The notes: generated by a model not told the origin, from the letters alone. A stretch of DNA of 64,000 bases from an uncultured Alphaproteobacteria bacterium (GCA_902628835.1 CACOPD010000002.1:16218-80217), one strand, 5' to 3'. Shown: positions 1 through 10,724, numbered from the stretch's first letter. A program made the numbers and translations.

Positions 1-204
1 ACAATTCCAAACTTTATTATTTTTATTACATGTCTGATTTGTCTCAGGAGCATCAATAGCATGCAGTCTTATTTTATTTTTTTTAATATGAATCGTATCA
101 CCATCGATTACTTTTGCTTTACCAAAGATAGTCTTGCCAGATGAAAATGTACTAAAACAAATTAATATAAAAAACAGATTAAATATTAAGATTTTTACTA
201 CCAT
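1..204 (-). CDS. Thermonuclease (staphylococcal nuclease, SNase-like) family protein, N-terminal 68 codons only; the gene continues past the window start
   Basis: My own minus-strand translation (not in the ORF track) gives MVVKILIFNLFFILICFSTFSSGKTIFGKAKVIDGDTIHIKKNKIRLHAIDAPETNQTCNKNNKVWNC. It has a hydrophobic signal-like N-terminus followed by the SNase signature DGDT...IRLxxIDAPE. The ATG at 204-202 overlaps the soxG 3' end by 26 nt. Confidence 0.7.
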   Translation of the reverse strand, partial: MVVKILIFNLFFILICFSTFSSGKTIFGKAKVIDGDTIHIKKNKIRLHAIDAPETNQTCNKNNKVWNC

Positions 205-754
205 CAACTAATAATTCATAAACATATTTTGTATGTGATCTATTTAAATGTAAATCCAATGATGTAGATTCTTCATCGGTATTATTTCTAACAAAAAGTA
301 CAGGAATTTTTATAAATATTGTTTGAGCTACAGAAAAATTAGTTTTTAAAATTTCTTCTAAGTTGGCAACAAGAAATTTAGAAAGTAACGTAAACACTTT
401 TTCACCCTCAAGCCGTAAAATAGTTCTATTAAATGAAACATCAGTAATTGCTGTCTTTTGTGGATTGAGATTAGATTTTAACAAAGAGATAATTCCATCC
501 TTTTCATTTTCTGGTGTTATAACTAACCATTCATTAGGACCAAGCCACATAATACTAATATTATTATTAAAAATTCTTACATTTGGTTCAATTGGTAATA
601 CTAAGTTTAATGCTGAGCCAATGTTTTTCATAAACTCTTTATCTGAACTTTTACCTCGTATATTTATTTTACCTGATAAGCTTAATTCTTCAATTGTAAC
701 TCCGTTGTAATTTTTTTTATTTAAATTAAGGACATTATTAAAGGCTAAACTCAT
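179..754 (-). CDS. soxG: Sarcosine oxidase gamma subunit
   Basis: A 191-aa ORF directly after soxA with a 4-nt overlap. It is the last gene of a soxB-soxD-soxA-soxG arrangement, and its size is typical of the gamma subunit. Confidence 0.75.
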   Translation of the reverse strand: MSLAFNNVLNLNKKNYNGVTIEELSLSGKINIRGKSSDKEFMKNIGSALNLVLPIEPNVRIFNNNISIMWLGPNEWLVITPENEKDGIISLLKSNLNPQKTAITDVSFNRTILRLEGEKVFTLLSKFLVANLEEILKTNFSVAQTIFIKIPVLFVRNNTDEESTSLDLHLNRSHTKYVYELLVDGSKNLNI

Positions 755-3741
755 TGATTTATCCTATGATTTTTAGGATCAATAAATACAGGACTAGTTA
801 TTTCAACTTCAATATTTTCATTTTCCATAGGAGCAATAAGAACTTTGCCTTTTTTTTCAAGACCACCTTTTATTAAAGCTAAAGCAAACGAGCTTTTTAA
901 ATTAGGAGAATAATAACTAGATGTAACATGCCCAACCATTTTCATTGGTAGTGCAGTAATTTTTTCAACTAATTGTGAACCTTCTTCAAGGACTTTATTT
1001 GGATCTTTAGTCTTTAATCCAACTAATTGTTTTCTATCTTTTTTGATAGTATCACTTCTAAATAAAGCTCTCTTACCAATAAAATCATATTTTTTCTTAC
1101 TAACAATCCAGTCCATATCTAGATCTACAGGTGTTACAGAACCATCTGTTTCTTGGCCAACTATAATAAAACCTTTTTCAGCCCGAAGAACATGCATTGC
1201 TTCAGTTCCGTATGGAGTAATATTAAATTCTTTACCTTTATCTATACAAATCTCCCAAAGATTTTTAGCATAACCAGAAGGAACATTTATTTCGTAACAC
1301 ATTTCTCCAGTAAAACTTATGCGCATCACTCTGCACATAATTCCATTAATATTAATATCTTTAAAACTCATATGAGGAAAATTTTCTTTTGAAAAATCAA
1401 AATCTGGAATTAGTTTTTGCATTAATTTCTTAGAATTTGGACCATTTAAACTTATGGTTCCATAGTTTTCTGTAACTGATGTTAAATATACTTCTAGTTC
1501 AGGCCATTCTGTTTGTAGCCAATCTTCTAATTTTGACATTACTGATGCTGCATTTCCTGTAGTTGTCGACATAAGATAATGAAACTCATCTAATCTGGTT
1601 GTTACACCATCATCGATGACCATCCCATCATCTCCTAACATTACACCGTATCGACATTTTCCAATTTCTAATTTTGACCAAGAATTTGTGTAAACTCTGT
1701 TTAAAAATTCACTAACGTCTCTTCCTTTAATATCTATTTTACCGAGAGTTGATGCATCTAATATTCCTAAACTATCTCTAGTTGCTTTGACTTCTCTATT
1801 TAATGCAGACTGAAAATTTTCATTCTTTTTAGGATAATACCAAGCTCTTTTCCATTGACCTACATCTTCAAATAAAGCCTCATTATCAATATGCCATTGA
1901 TGCATTGGGCTTGTTCTTTCTAAATCAAAAAATTCTTTTACATGACGCCCAGCAATTGCTCCAAAAGTTACTGGTTTATAAGGTAATCGAAATGTTGTCG
2001 TACCTAATTCAGAAATATTAGTATCAGTTAACTCTGATATTATTCCAAGAGCGTTAATATTACTGGTCTTACCTTGATCAGTAGCCATACCTGTAGTTGT
2101 ATAACGTTTAACATGTTCAATAGATTGGAAACCTTCTTTTAAAGCTAATTTAATATCTTTTGCCGTTACGTCATTTTGAAAATCTACAAACATTTTTGTT
2201 CTTGAAATATTATTCTTCGATGTAATCCAAATGTTTTCGTGTTTACCGTGCTTTAGATTATCTGATTTGTAATTAACTTCATCAAGTTCATTTTCATCAT
2301 TATTATTTAAATATGCCAAAGTATCTTCTTGAGTTTTAATTAATATTTCATTTAAGTTATAGTCACCATTGCAACTTCCAACGCATAATGTGTCTTGATA
2401 AACTTCACTTGGAATATAACTTCCGTCTATATCTCTATATTTAAGTTTCCCTTTTGATTGAGTAAATAAATGGACAGTAGGAGTCCAACCACCAGCAATT
2501 GCTAAAAGATCACATTTAATATTTATAGAAGATTTCTCATTATTATTTTCAGTTGTGATTTTTTTTAATTTAACTTCTCTAATTTTTAATCTTCCAATAG
2601 TATCACTAATTTCGTAACCTTTAAGTATTGTAACACCTAATTCATTAGCTTTGTTTGGAAAATAACCATCACTATTATCTCTGGTATCCACAATAGCTTC
2701 TACTTTTATACCTTGCTCAACAAAATCTAATGCAGTTTCATAAGCGCTATCATTATTTGTAAAAAAAACTACGTTTTTTCCAACAGCAACTCCATATTTA
2801 TTTAAATATTTTTTTGCACTGTTCGAAAGCATGATGCCGGGCCTATCATTATTATTAAAAATTATTGGTCGTTCAATTGCGCCTGTTGCTAGAATAACTT
2901 TTTTAGATCTAATTTTCCAAATTCTTTCTCTAATATCATTTTTTTTATTTAGACCTTTTTCTGGATCAATTTCTTGTACTGCTAATAATAAATTATAATT
3001 CAAGTATGCAAAACAAGTCGTATTTTTAACTATTTTTACATTTGAATATTTAGAAAGTTTATCAATTATTTTATTCTTCCATTCATTTATTGGTAAATTA
3101 TCAATTTTGATGTTTTTATTTATTGTAGATAAAATTTCACCTCCAAGATCCCCTTCTTGCTCGACTAGTAATACTTTATAATTTTTGCTTGCTGCAATTT
3201 CTGCTGAAATTAGTCCACTTACTCCTGCTCCAACAATCAGAACATCACAATGATAATGAAAATGTTCATATTTATGAGGATCGTCCTTTTTTGGTGATTT
3301 ACCAAGTCCTGCAGCATGTCTAATAAAAAACTCATATGCCTTCCAAAATTTTGGTGGCCACATAAAAGTTTTATAATAAAATCCTGCAGGAAAAAATGGA
3401 GACAGTAAATCATTTACTGCACCTGCATCAAATTTTACAGATGGCCAATTATTTTGACTATAAGCTTTTAAACCATCATATATCTGTACTTCAGTTACTC
3501 TTCTATTAGGTTCAGTATATTCATTAGTCTCAAGTTGAACTATTCCATTAGGTTCTTCACTTCCTGCTGAATAAATACCTCTGGGACGATGATATTTGAA
3601 ACTTCTTCCTATTAAGTGGACATTATTTGCAAGAAGTGCTGAAGCTAGAGTATCGCCTTCAAATCCAAAATATTCTTTACTATCAAAATAGAACTTTACA
3701 GACTTATTATTTTCAAGATTTTTATTATTTTTGTATCGCAT
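751..3741 (-). CDS. soxA: Sarcosine oxidase alpha subunit
   Basis: 996 aa with a Rossmann dinucleotide motif (VLIVGAGVSGL). The C-terminal half resembles the GcvT-like folate-binding aminomethyltransferase fold. It is flanked by soxD and soxG. Confidence 0.9.
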   Translation of the reverse strand: MRYKNNKNLENNKSVKFYFDSKEYFGFEGDTLASALLANNVHLIGRSFKYHRPRGIYSAGSEEPNGIVQLETNEYTEPNRRVTEVQIYDGLKAYSQNNWPSVKFDAGAVNDLLSPFFPAGFYYKTFMWPPKFWKAYEFFIRHAAGLGKSPKKDDPHKYEHFHYHCDVLIVGAGVSGLISAEIAASKNYKVLLVEQEGDLGGEILSTINKNIKIDNLPINEWKNKIIDKLSKYSNVKIVKNTTCFAYLNYNLLLAVQEIDPEKGLNKKNDIRERIWKIRSKKVILATGAIERPIIFNNNDRPGIMLSNSAKKYLNKYGVAVGKNVVFFTNNDSAYETALDFVEQGIKVEAIVDTRDNSDGYFPNKANELGVTILKGYEISDTIGRLKIREVKLKKITTENNNEKSSINIKCDLLAIAGGWTPTVHLFTQSKGKLKYRDIDGSYIPSEVYQDTLCVGSCNGDYNLNEILIKTQEDTLAYLNNNDENELDEVNYKSDNLKHGKHENIWITSKNNISRTKMFVDFQNDVTAKDIKLALKEGFQSIEHVKRYTTTGMATDQGKTSNINALGIISELTDTNISELGTTTFRLPYKPVTFGAIAGRHVKEFFDLERTSPMHQWHIDNEALFEDVGQWKRAWYYPKKNENFQSALNREVKATRDSLGILDASTLGKIDIKGRDVSEFLNRVYTNSWSKLEIGKCRYGVMLGDDGMVIDDGVTTRLDEFHYLMSTTTGNAASVMSKLEDWLQTEWPELEVYLTSVTENYGTISLNGPNSKKLMQKLIPDFDFSKENFPHMSFKDININGIMCRVMRISFTGEMCYEINVPSGYAKNLWEICIDKGKEFNITPYGTEAMHVLRAEKGFIIVGQETDGSVTPVDLDMDWIVSKKKYDFIGKRALFRSDTIKKDRKQLVGLKTKDPNKVLEEGSQLVEKITALPMKMVGHVTSSYYSPNLKSSFALALIKGGLEKKGKVLIAPMENENIEVEITSPVFIDPKNHRINQ

Positions 3742-3749
3742 CTTTAATT

Positions 3750-4106
3750 TTAAAATCTATCTTTTTTCGATGTTGATGAGTTTCCTGATCCAATACTAGG
3801 TTCACCTGAGGGTGTTGCTGGAATATTTGCTTTTAATTTAGGAGGCGCTTCTCCCATCTTATATATTGCCAGAATTTCATCTGTTGCAGTATTTCTTGCT
3901 AAATTAAACCATTGTCTACATCCATATTCATGGTTCCATCTTTCGTAATGAACACCTTTTTCGTTCTTACGTAAGAATAAATATTCTGCCCATTGATCAT
4001 CAGAGAGTTCAGGAGGATTTTTTGGTCTTGCAATATGAGCCTCACCTCCACAAGAAAATTCAGCCTGATCTCTTTCTCCACAATAAGGGCAATTTATTAA
4101 AAACAT
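3750..4106 (-). CDS. soxD: Sarcosine oxidase delta subunit
   Basis: 118 aa. The N-terminal CPYCGERDQAEF...GGEAH zinc-ribbon-like motif is typical of SoxD, and the gene lies between soxB and soxA. Confidence 0.9.
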   Translation of the reverse strand: MFLINCPYCGERDQAEFSCGGEAHIARPKNPPELSDDQWAEYLFLRKNEKGVHYERWNHEYGCRQWFNLARNTATDEILAIYKMGEAPPKLKANIPATPSGEPSIGSGNSSTSKKDRF

Positions 4107-4109
4107 GAA

Positions 4110-5369
4110 TTAATGTGCTACCGCAGCTGCACCATGTTCATCAACTAATTCACCACTAGAAAATCTGTTTATTGTGAAAGGAGCATTTAATTCATGCGCT
4201 TGATCATTAGCTATAGTGTGAGCAAATACCCAACCAGAACCTGGCGTTGCTTTGAAACCACCTGTTCCCCAACCACAATTAAAATACAATCCATTTATAT
4301 GAGTTTTACTGATAATGGGACTTGCATCAGGACAGATATCTACAATTCCTCCCCAATGACGAAGCATCTTCATTCTAGAAAATATTGGAAACAATTCGAC
4401 TATTGCCATTAATGTATCTTCAACAATGTTAAAGCCACCTCTTTGAGTATATGATGTGTATCCATCTGTTCCAGCACCAATAACTAATTCTCCTTTATCT
4501 GATTGAGATACATACGCATGAATTGTATTGGACATCACTACTGTATCAATAACAGGTTTTACTGGTTCTGAAACTAGCGCTTGTAATGGTTTACTCTCTA
4601 AAGGTAATTTGATGCCCGCCATATTGGCAATAACACTGGTATGACCTGCAGCAGCTATTCCAATTTTATTTGAATTAATAGTTCCCTTTGTTGTTTCAAT
4701 ACCAGTTACATTTCCATTTTTTACATTAATACCAGTTACTTCACAATTTTGAATTATATCAACTCCCATTTCATCTGCTCCCCTAGCATAACCCCAAGCA
4801 ACAGCATCATGTCTTGCTGTTCCCGCTCTTCTTTGTAATGTTGCTCCTAAAACAGGATATCTAATGTTGGGTGAAGTATTTATAATTGGACAAAACTCTT
4901 TGACTTTCTTTGTATCAAGCCATTCACAATCAATATCATTTAGTCTGTTTGCATGCCAACGTCTTTTTAATTCTCTAACATCATGAAGATTATGAGCAAC
5001 ATTCAAAACTCCTCTTTGAGAAAACATTACGTTGTAATTTAATTCTTGAGACATACCTTCCCAAAGTTTTAATGCATGCTCGTATAAAGCTGCACTTTGA
5101 TCCCATAAATAGTTTGATCTAATTATAGTCGTATTTCTCCCTGTATTCCCACCGCCTATCCAACCCTTTTCAATTACTGCAATATTATTAATTCCATGGT
5201 TTTTTGCTAAATAGTAAGCAGTAGTTAAACCGTGTCCACCACCACCTACAATTATTGCATCATAATTTTTTTTTGGTTCAGGACTTTTCCATGTCTTTTG
5301 CCAATTTTCATGATGACTTAGAGCGTTTCTAGCAATGGATAAAAATGAGTATTTATTTTTATTAAACAT
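4110..5369 (-). CDS. soxB: Sarcosine oxidase beta subunit (FAD-dependent)
   Basis: 419 aa with the FAD-binding motif [19 protein letters not shown]. It is the first gene of the soxBDAG set. Confidence 0.9.
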   Translation of the reverse strand: MFNKNKYSFLSIARNALSHHENWQKTWKSPEPKKNYDAIIVGGGGHGLTTAYYLAKNHGINNIAVIEKGWIGGGNTGRNTTIIRSNYLWDQSAALYEHALKLWEGMSQELNYNVMFSQRGVLNVAHNLHDVRELKRRWHANRLNDIDCEWLDTKKVKEFCPIINTSPNIRYPVLGATLQRRAGTARHDAVAWGYARGADEMGVDIIQNCEVTGINVKNGNVTGIETTKGTINSNKIGIAAAGHTSVIANMAGIKLPLESKPLQALVSEPVKPVIDTVVMSNTIHAYVSQSDKGELVIGAGTDGYTSYTQRGGFNIVEDTLMAIVELFPIFSRMKMLRHWGGIVDICPDASPIISKTHINGLYFNCGWGTGGFKATPGSGWVFAHTIANDQAHELNAPFTINRFSSGELVDEHGAAAVAH

Positions 5370-5389
5370 TATAGCTCTATATAGCAGTT

Positions 5390-7063
5390 TTAAAAAAGAC
5401 CTTCAATTTCTCCTTGGTCATTTAGCTTTATCGAATTTGCCGCAGGAACACTTGGTAGACCGGGCATAGTCATAATATCGCCGCAGACAACTACTATAAA
5501 TTCTGCTCCTGATGATAGCCTTACTTCCCTAATAGGTAAAACGTGTCCTGTAGGCGCACCTTTTAGATTAGGGTCAGTTGAGAAACTATATTGAGTTTTT
5601 GCGATGCAAACAGGCAATTTGCCAAATCCTTTGGTTTCAAAATCCTTCAATTGTTGACGTACTTTTGTGTCTGCAACAACTTCACTTGCGTGGTAAATCT
5701 CTTGTGCAATTTTTTCTATTTTTTTGAATAGAGTTAAATCATCTTCATATAAAAATTTAAATGTATTTTTACTTTCTTCACAAATATCTATTACATTTTG
5801 AGCTAATTCTTTTGCACCATCACCACCATCTGACCAGTGAGTACACATAGAAGCTTTCACTCCCTGAGTTTTACAAAAATCTAGGACGGCATCAACTTCA
5901 GTTCTAGAGTCAGTTACAAAATGGTTAATCGCAACAGTTACTGGTAATCCGAATTTCCTTATGTTGTTTATGTGTCTTTCTAAATTTACTAAACCAATTT
6001 TAAGTGCATTTACATTTTCATTTTTCAAGTCTTCTTTAGAAACATCACCATGCATTTTTAGTGCTCTAATTGTAGCAACTAAAACTACACAATCAGGTTT
6101 TAAATTTGATTTTCTACATTTTATATCAAGGAATTTTTCTGCTCCTAAATCAGCTCCAAATCCTGCTTCAGTTACAACATATTCACTTAGTTTTAGACTA
6201 GCTTTAGTTGCAATAACAGAATTACAACCATGGGCAATATTTGCAAATGGTCCACCATGAATTATAGCAGGATTATTTTCTAACGTTTGTGTTATATTTG
6301 GTCTGATTGCATCTTTTAGTAATACTGTCATTGGACCTTGTGCATTTAAATCTTTTGCATAAATAGCTTTTTTGTCTCGTGTATATGCAATAGTTATATT
6401 TCCAATTCTCTCTTCAAGATCTTTTAAGTCTTTTGCTAAGCAGAAAATTGCCATTATCTCCGATGCAACTGTTATATCAAAACCATCTTGTCTAGGATAT
6501 CCATTTGCAACTCCTCCTAAATCAACAACAATAGATCTAAGCGATCTATCATTCATATCCATTACTCTCTTCCAAACAACTCTTCTAACATCAATATTCA
6601 ACTTATTTCCCCAGTAGATATGATTATCAATTAATGCAGAAAGTAAATTATGTGCTGACGTAATTGCATGAAAATCTCCGGTAAAATGCAGATTAATTTG
6701 TTCCATTGGAACTACTTGTGCATAGCCTCCACCAGCTGCTCCACCTTTCATACCGAATGATGGTCCAAGACTTGGCTCTCTTAAACAAACAATAGATTTT
6801 TTTCCTAATTTATTAAGACCATCACTTAATCCAACAGAGGTTGTTGTTTTACCTTCTCCTGCTGGTGTTGGAGTTATTGCTGAGACTAAAACAAGTTTAC
6901 CATCTTTATTTTTATTAAGTGACTCTATGTACTCTAAGTTTATTTTTGCTATGTGACGACCCATAGGACTAAACGCTTCTGGCGTATCTGGTACATCAAG
7001 CCCTTCTAGAATTTCACTAATAGGTTTCATTTTAGCTTTTCTTGCTATTTCAATATCTGACAT
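5390..7063 (-). CDS. fhs: Formate--tetrahydrofolate ligase
   Basis: 557 aa with the characteristic [12 protein letters not shown]-loop. It reads as an FTHFS-like sequence over its full length. Confidence 0.95.
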   Translation of the reverse strand: MSDIEIARKAKMKPISEILEGLDVPDTPEAFSPMGRHIAKINLEYIESLNKNKDGKLVLVSAITPTPAGEGKTTTSVGLSDGLNKLGKKSIVCLREPSLGPSFGMKGGAAGGGYAQVVPMEQINLHFTGDFHAITSAHNLLSALIDNHIYWGNKLNIDVRRVVWKRVMDMNDRSLRSIVVDLGGVANGYPRQDGFDITVASEIMAIFCLAKDLKDLEERIGNITIAYTRDKKAIYAKDLNAQGPMTVLLKDAIRPNITQTLENNPAIIHGGPFANIAHGCNSVIATKASLKLSEYVVTEAGFGADLGAEKFLDIKCRKSNLKPDCVVLVATIRALKMHGDVSKEDLKNENVNALKIGLVNLERHINNIRKFGLPVTVAINHFVTDSRTEVDAVLDFCKTQGVKASMCTHWSDGGDGAKELAQNVIDICEESKNTFKFLYEDDLTLFKKIEKIAQEIYHASEVVADTKVRQQLKDFETKGFGKLPVCIAKTQYSFSTDPNLKGAPTGHVLPIREVRLSSGAEFIVVVCGDIMTMPGLPSVPAANSIKLNDQGEIEGLF

Positions 7064-7156
7064 GAGACTCCTAAATAATAAGATAGTTAATCTATAGATT
7101 AACTTTTATATCAAACAACTTTTGTTTCATTAAAAGATTAAAAAATTGTGAAGAAG

Positions 7157-8050
7157 CTAATTTAACTCGAATTTCTGTTTGTTATTATAAGAAAAATCTG
7201 AGTTATTAAATTGATTTAACCACTCTGATGTTTTTTTCATACCACCAAAAGCGTAGAAGTGAATTTTTTCAAGTTTGGAGTCTTTGCTTATTTCGCTGTG
7301 TGCAGCAAGATCATAAATCAATTTGTCAGGAGTGTTCAATGTTGCTAGCTTAGTTAAGTTAAAAGCCTGTTTTGTAATAAATCTCAAAGAATTTCCAATA
7401 CCACACGATCTTGCATAATTTATTAATGTTTTAATAGAGGCTGGACCTGGTATGCCAGCATGGATTGGTAATTTATTTCCAATTCTTACTAAGTGTTTCT
7501 CCCATTCGATTAAAGATTTAGCTTCAAAAAAAAATTGAGTTGCTAAATACATTTTAAAATCAGCATTTTTTGCAAAATCATTTTTTTGTTTGATTGCTAA
7601 ATCTAAATTTTCATTTGAAATATCTGGACTTCCTTCGGGATGCCCAGCTACACCTACAGATTGATAATTATATTTTGAAAGAAAATCTGTTTTTAGCACA
7701 TCAATTGAAGAAGAAATTTCACCTGCCTGATTTCCACCACCACCAATAATTAACATTTTTGAACACCCAGATTCATTTGCAAGTTCACCTATATATTTTT
7801 CTAAGTCATTCTTATTTATAATAGTTCTCGCAGGTAAATGAGGTATTACATCATAACCTTCTAATTTTAATTTTTTGGCAGTTCTAATTACATTTTTTGA
7901 ATTTTCATCTGGTAAATAAGTTATATAAATGTCATGATTTTTATCAAGAAATTCAGAAAAGCTTCCATATTTTTCGTAAACATTTGGAGTCGTTTCTATA
8001 GAATAACTATTGAGAAACTTTTTAACGATATTAATGGTTTCTTTAGACAT
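7157..8050 (-). CDS. Methylenetetrahydrofolate reductase family protein (MetF-like)
   Basis: 297 aa. Blocks GVAGHPEGSP, ATQFFFE, IHAGIPGP and IHFYAFG line up with the E. coli MetF blocks AYPEVHPE, ITQFFFD, IIPGILP and FHFYTLN (recalled from memory). Confidence 0.65.
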   Translation of the reverse strand: MSKETINIVKKFLNSYSIETTPNVYEKYGSFSEFLDKNHDIYITYLPDENSKNVIRTAKKLKLEGYDVIPHLPARTIINKNDLEKYIGELANESGCSKMLIIGGGGNQAGEISSSIDVLKTDFLSKYNYQSVGVAGHPEGSPDISNENLDLAIKQKNDFAKNADFKMYLATQFFFEAKSLIEWEKHLVRIGNKLPIHAGIPGPASIKTLINYARSCGIGNSLRFITKQAFNLTKLATLNTPDKLIYDLAAHSEISKDSKLEKIHFYAFGGMKKTSEWLNQFNNSDFSYNNKQKFELN

Positions 8051-8083
8051 AAATTTTTAATGTTTTTTATATTAATTAGATAA

Positions 8084-9019
8084 ATGAACAACAGGTACTT
8101 TACTATAATTACTTTTTATCAATTCAAAATAATTAAAGATAAAAGTAATATCATTACTAAACTTAAAGATTTTTGTAAATTTAATAAAATCAAAGGTACA
8201 ATATTGATTGCTGATGAAGGCCTTAATGGAACAATAGCTGGTCTAGAGAAAAATATAAATTCGTTCATTCTATTTCTTGAGAATTTTAGTTTTGAGAAAC
8301 TTAATCTTAAACGATCAAAATACAAATATATGCCTTTTCAAAAACTTAAAATTAGAAATAAAAATGAAATAGTTACATTAAGAACAAAATTTTCTGATCC
8401 TACAAAAATATCTGGGAAAAAAATTAAATACAATGAATGGAATAAACTAGTTAAAGACAAAGACACTATTGTGATTGATGTAAGAAATGAATTTGAGGTT
8501 AAATTAGGATCTTTTGAAGGAGCAATTAATCCAAAAACTAAAAGTTTCACTGACTTTAAATCTTTTGTTCAAAAAAAACTAAATAAATCTAAAGAAAAAA
8601 AAATTGCTATGTTTTGCACTGGAGGTATTAGGTGTGAAAAAGCTTCATCTTATATGATGATGAAGGGTTTTAAAAATGTTGCTCAGTTAGATGGCGGTAT
8701 ACTAAAGTATTTAGAAAAAACTCCCAAAAAAGATTCAATGTGGAAAGGTGAATGTTTCGTATTTGATGGAAGAGTATCTTTGAAAAATGAATTAAAAGAT
8801 GGAACTTATAAACTTTGCCATGCTTGTCGGTTACCGATTAGTAACAAAGATACTTATTCTAAATATTATAACCCAGGTGTATCTTGTCATAATTGTTTTG
8901 ATAAAACATCTGATGAAAAGAAAAAAAACTTACTTGAAAGAAATAAACAGATTAAACTTGATAAAAAAAGAGGAACTTTTAACCGTTTTATTAAACAGTC
9001 AATTTCTGATTATGAATAA
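8084..9019 (+). CDS. trhO: Rhodanese-domain protein of the UPF0176/YceA family (tRNA uridine-34 hydroxylase TrhO-like)
   Basis: 311 aa with the active-site loop CTGGIRCEKAS and a C-terminal Cys-rich tail (CHACR...CHNC). Confidence 0.8.
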   Translation: MNNRYFTIITFYQFKIIKDKSNIITKLKDFCKFNKIKGTILIADEGLNGTIAGLEKNINSFILFLENFSFEKLNLKRSKYKYMPFQKLKIRNKNEIVTLRTKFSDPTKISGKKIKYNEWNKLVKDKDTIVIDVRNEFEVKLGSFEGAINPKTKSFTDFKSFVQKKLNKSKEKKIAMFCTGGIRCEKASSYMMMKGFKNVAQLDGGILKYLEKTPKKDSMWKGECFVFDGRVSLKNELKDGTYKLCHACRLPISNKDTYSKYYNPGVSCHNCFDKTSDEKKKNLLERNKQIKLDKKRGTFNRFIKQSISDYE

Positions 9020-9060
9020 ATAATACTTTATTTCATATAATTATTCTGTATAGACACTTC

Positions 9061-9255
9061 ATGGCAAAAAAAACTTCATTCGCTCTAAAACAACTAGTAC
9101 CTGAAGAAAATCCAAAAACAGGAACAAAGTATATTGTAAGAAAACCAACAAAAGGATTGAAAGTTGCTGAAAAGCTTAGAATGAAAAAATATGATCCTGT
9201 GTTAAAAAAACACGTTTGGTTTGTAGAGAAAAAAATGCCTCCTCATAGTAAATAA
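9061..9255 (+). CDS. rpmG: 50S ribosomal protein L33 (Cys-less form)
   Basis: 64 aa and basic. The C-terminal KKYDPVLKKHVWFVEKK matches the alphaproteobacterial L33 pattern RKYDPVxKKHVxFxExK. Confidence 0.7.
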   Translation: MAKKTSFALKQLVPEENPKTGTKYIVRKPTKGLKVAEKLRMKKYDPVLKKHVWFVEKKMPPHSK

Positions 9256-9301
9256 TAGATTTACCTCTTTAATTTATTCTAAATTAACATAATTTAAATT
9301 C

Positions 9302-10723
9302 ATGACAGTCACTTATGGTATTCATTGGTTTAGACAAGATTTACGATTACAAGAAAATCCATCTATATTGTCCCTTTCAAAAAAAGTTAATCAAATAATA
9401 CCAATTTATATTTTTGATTTAAATCAAAGAATTGGATCAACATCCAAATGGTGGTTAGAAAAATCTTTAATTAGTTTAGATGGTTCGATAGAAAAACATA
9501 ATGGCAAACTAAACATTTTTGCTGGTGATCCAGAGAAAATTATATCTACGATATTAAAGAATTCAAATGTTAAATGTGTATCTTGGAATAGATTATATGA
9601 CCCTTATACAATTAAAAGAGATACTAAAATTAAATCTATAGTCACTTCATCTAAAATAGAATGTGACTCACATAATGGGTATCTCTTAAATGAACCTTGG
9701 AATATTAAAAATAAAAGTGGAACTTTTTTTAAAGTATTTACTCCTTACTGGCGACATTGTGATGAAATACTGAAACTAAAAGATAATAAATTTAAAAAAA
9801 TAAAAATAAATTATGCCAATTCAAAATTTAAAAATGAAATAACTATACAAGATTTAAATCTAACAAACAAAAAAGATAAATGGATAAAAAAAATTGAAAA
9901 ATATTGGACACCTGGTGAAATTAATGGAAAATTACAATTAAAAAAATATATTTCAGAAAAAGCAAATAATTATTCTGTTGGAAGAGATAGACCTGATAAA
10001 GACTTAACTTCTAAATTATCACCTTATCTTCATTTTGGAGAAATATCTGCTTTTGAAGTATATGATACAGTTAATAATGAAAAAAAAATTAATCCAGAAA
10101 ATAAAAAAAAATTTCTAGCTGAACTTGGCTGGAGAGATTTTTCTTATAATCTTTTATTTCATTATCCAGACATGATCGAAAAACCTATACAAACTAAATT
10201 CAATAAATTTCCATGGATAAAAAATACTAAAAATTTATCATTATGGCATAATGGTAAAACTGGTATTCCAATTGTTGATGCTGGAATGAGGCAGCTATAT
10301 AAAACAGGGTGGATGCATAATAGAGTAAGAATGATTGTAGGCTCATTTTTAACAAAAAATTTATTATTACATTGGAAAAAAGGAGAAGAGTGGTTTTTTG
10401 ATACTTTAGTTGATGCAGACGTTGGTTCTAATTCTGCTGGTTGGCAATGGATTTCTGGTTGTGGTGCAGATGCAAGTCCATATTTTAGAATTTTTAATCC
10501 AATTTTGCAGGGTCAAAAATTTGATCCTGATGGTAATTATGTAAAAGAATATGTTCCTGAGTTGAATAATGTTCCAAAAAAATATATCCATAACCCTTGG
10601 GAGATGTCAGAGGAAGATCAAAAAAAATATAATTTTGAGATTGGTACTTCATATCCATCGCCAATAGTAGATTTAAAAGAAACAAGAAATAGAGCATTAG
10701 CAGCATTTAAAACCATTAGTTGA
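9302..10723 (+). CDS. phrB: Deoxyribodipyrimidine photolyase / cryptochrome family protein
   Basis: 473 aa with the motifs GWRDFSYNLL, TGIPIVDAGMRQLYKTGWMHNRVRM and GWQWISGCGADASPYFRIFNP. Confidence 0.9.
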   Translation: MTVTYGIHWFRQDLRLQENPSILSLSKKVNQIIPIYIFDLNQRIGSTSKWWLEKSLISLDGSIEKHNGKLNIFAGDPEKIISTILKNSNVKCVSWNRLYDPYTIKRDTKIKSIVTSSKIECDSHNGYLLNEPWNIKNKSGTFFKVFTPYWRHCDEILKLKDNKFKKIKINYANSKFKNEITIQDLNLTNKKDKWIKKIEKYWTPGEINGKLQLKKYISEKANNYSVGRDRPDKDLTSKLSPYLHFGEISAFEVYDTVNNEKKINPENKKKFLAELGWRDFSYNLLFHYPDMIEKPIQTKFNKFPWIKNTKNLSLWHNGKTGIPIVDAGMRQLYKTGWMHNRVRMIVGSFLTKNLLLHWKKGEEWFFDTLVDADVGSNSAGWQWISGCGADASPYFRIFNPILQGQKFDPDGNYVKEYVPELNNVPKKYIHNPWEMSEEDQKKYNFEIGTSYPSPIVDLKETRNRALAAFKTIS

Positions 10724-10724
10724 T

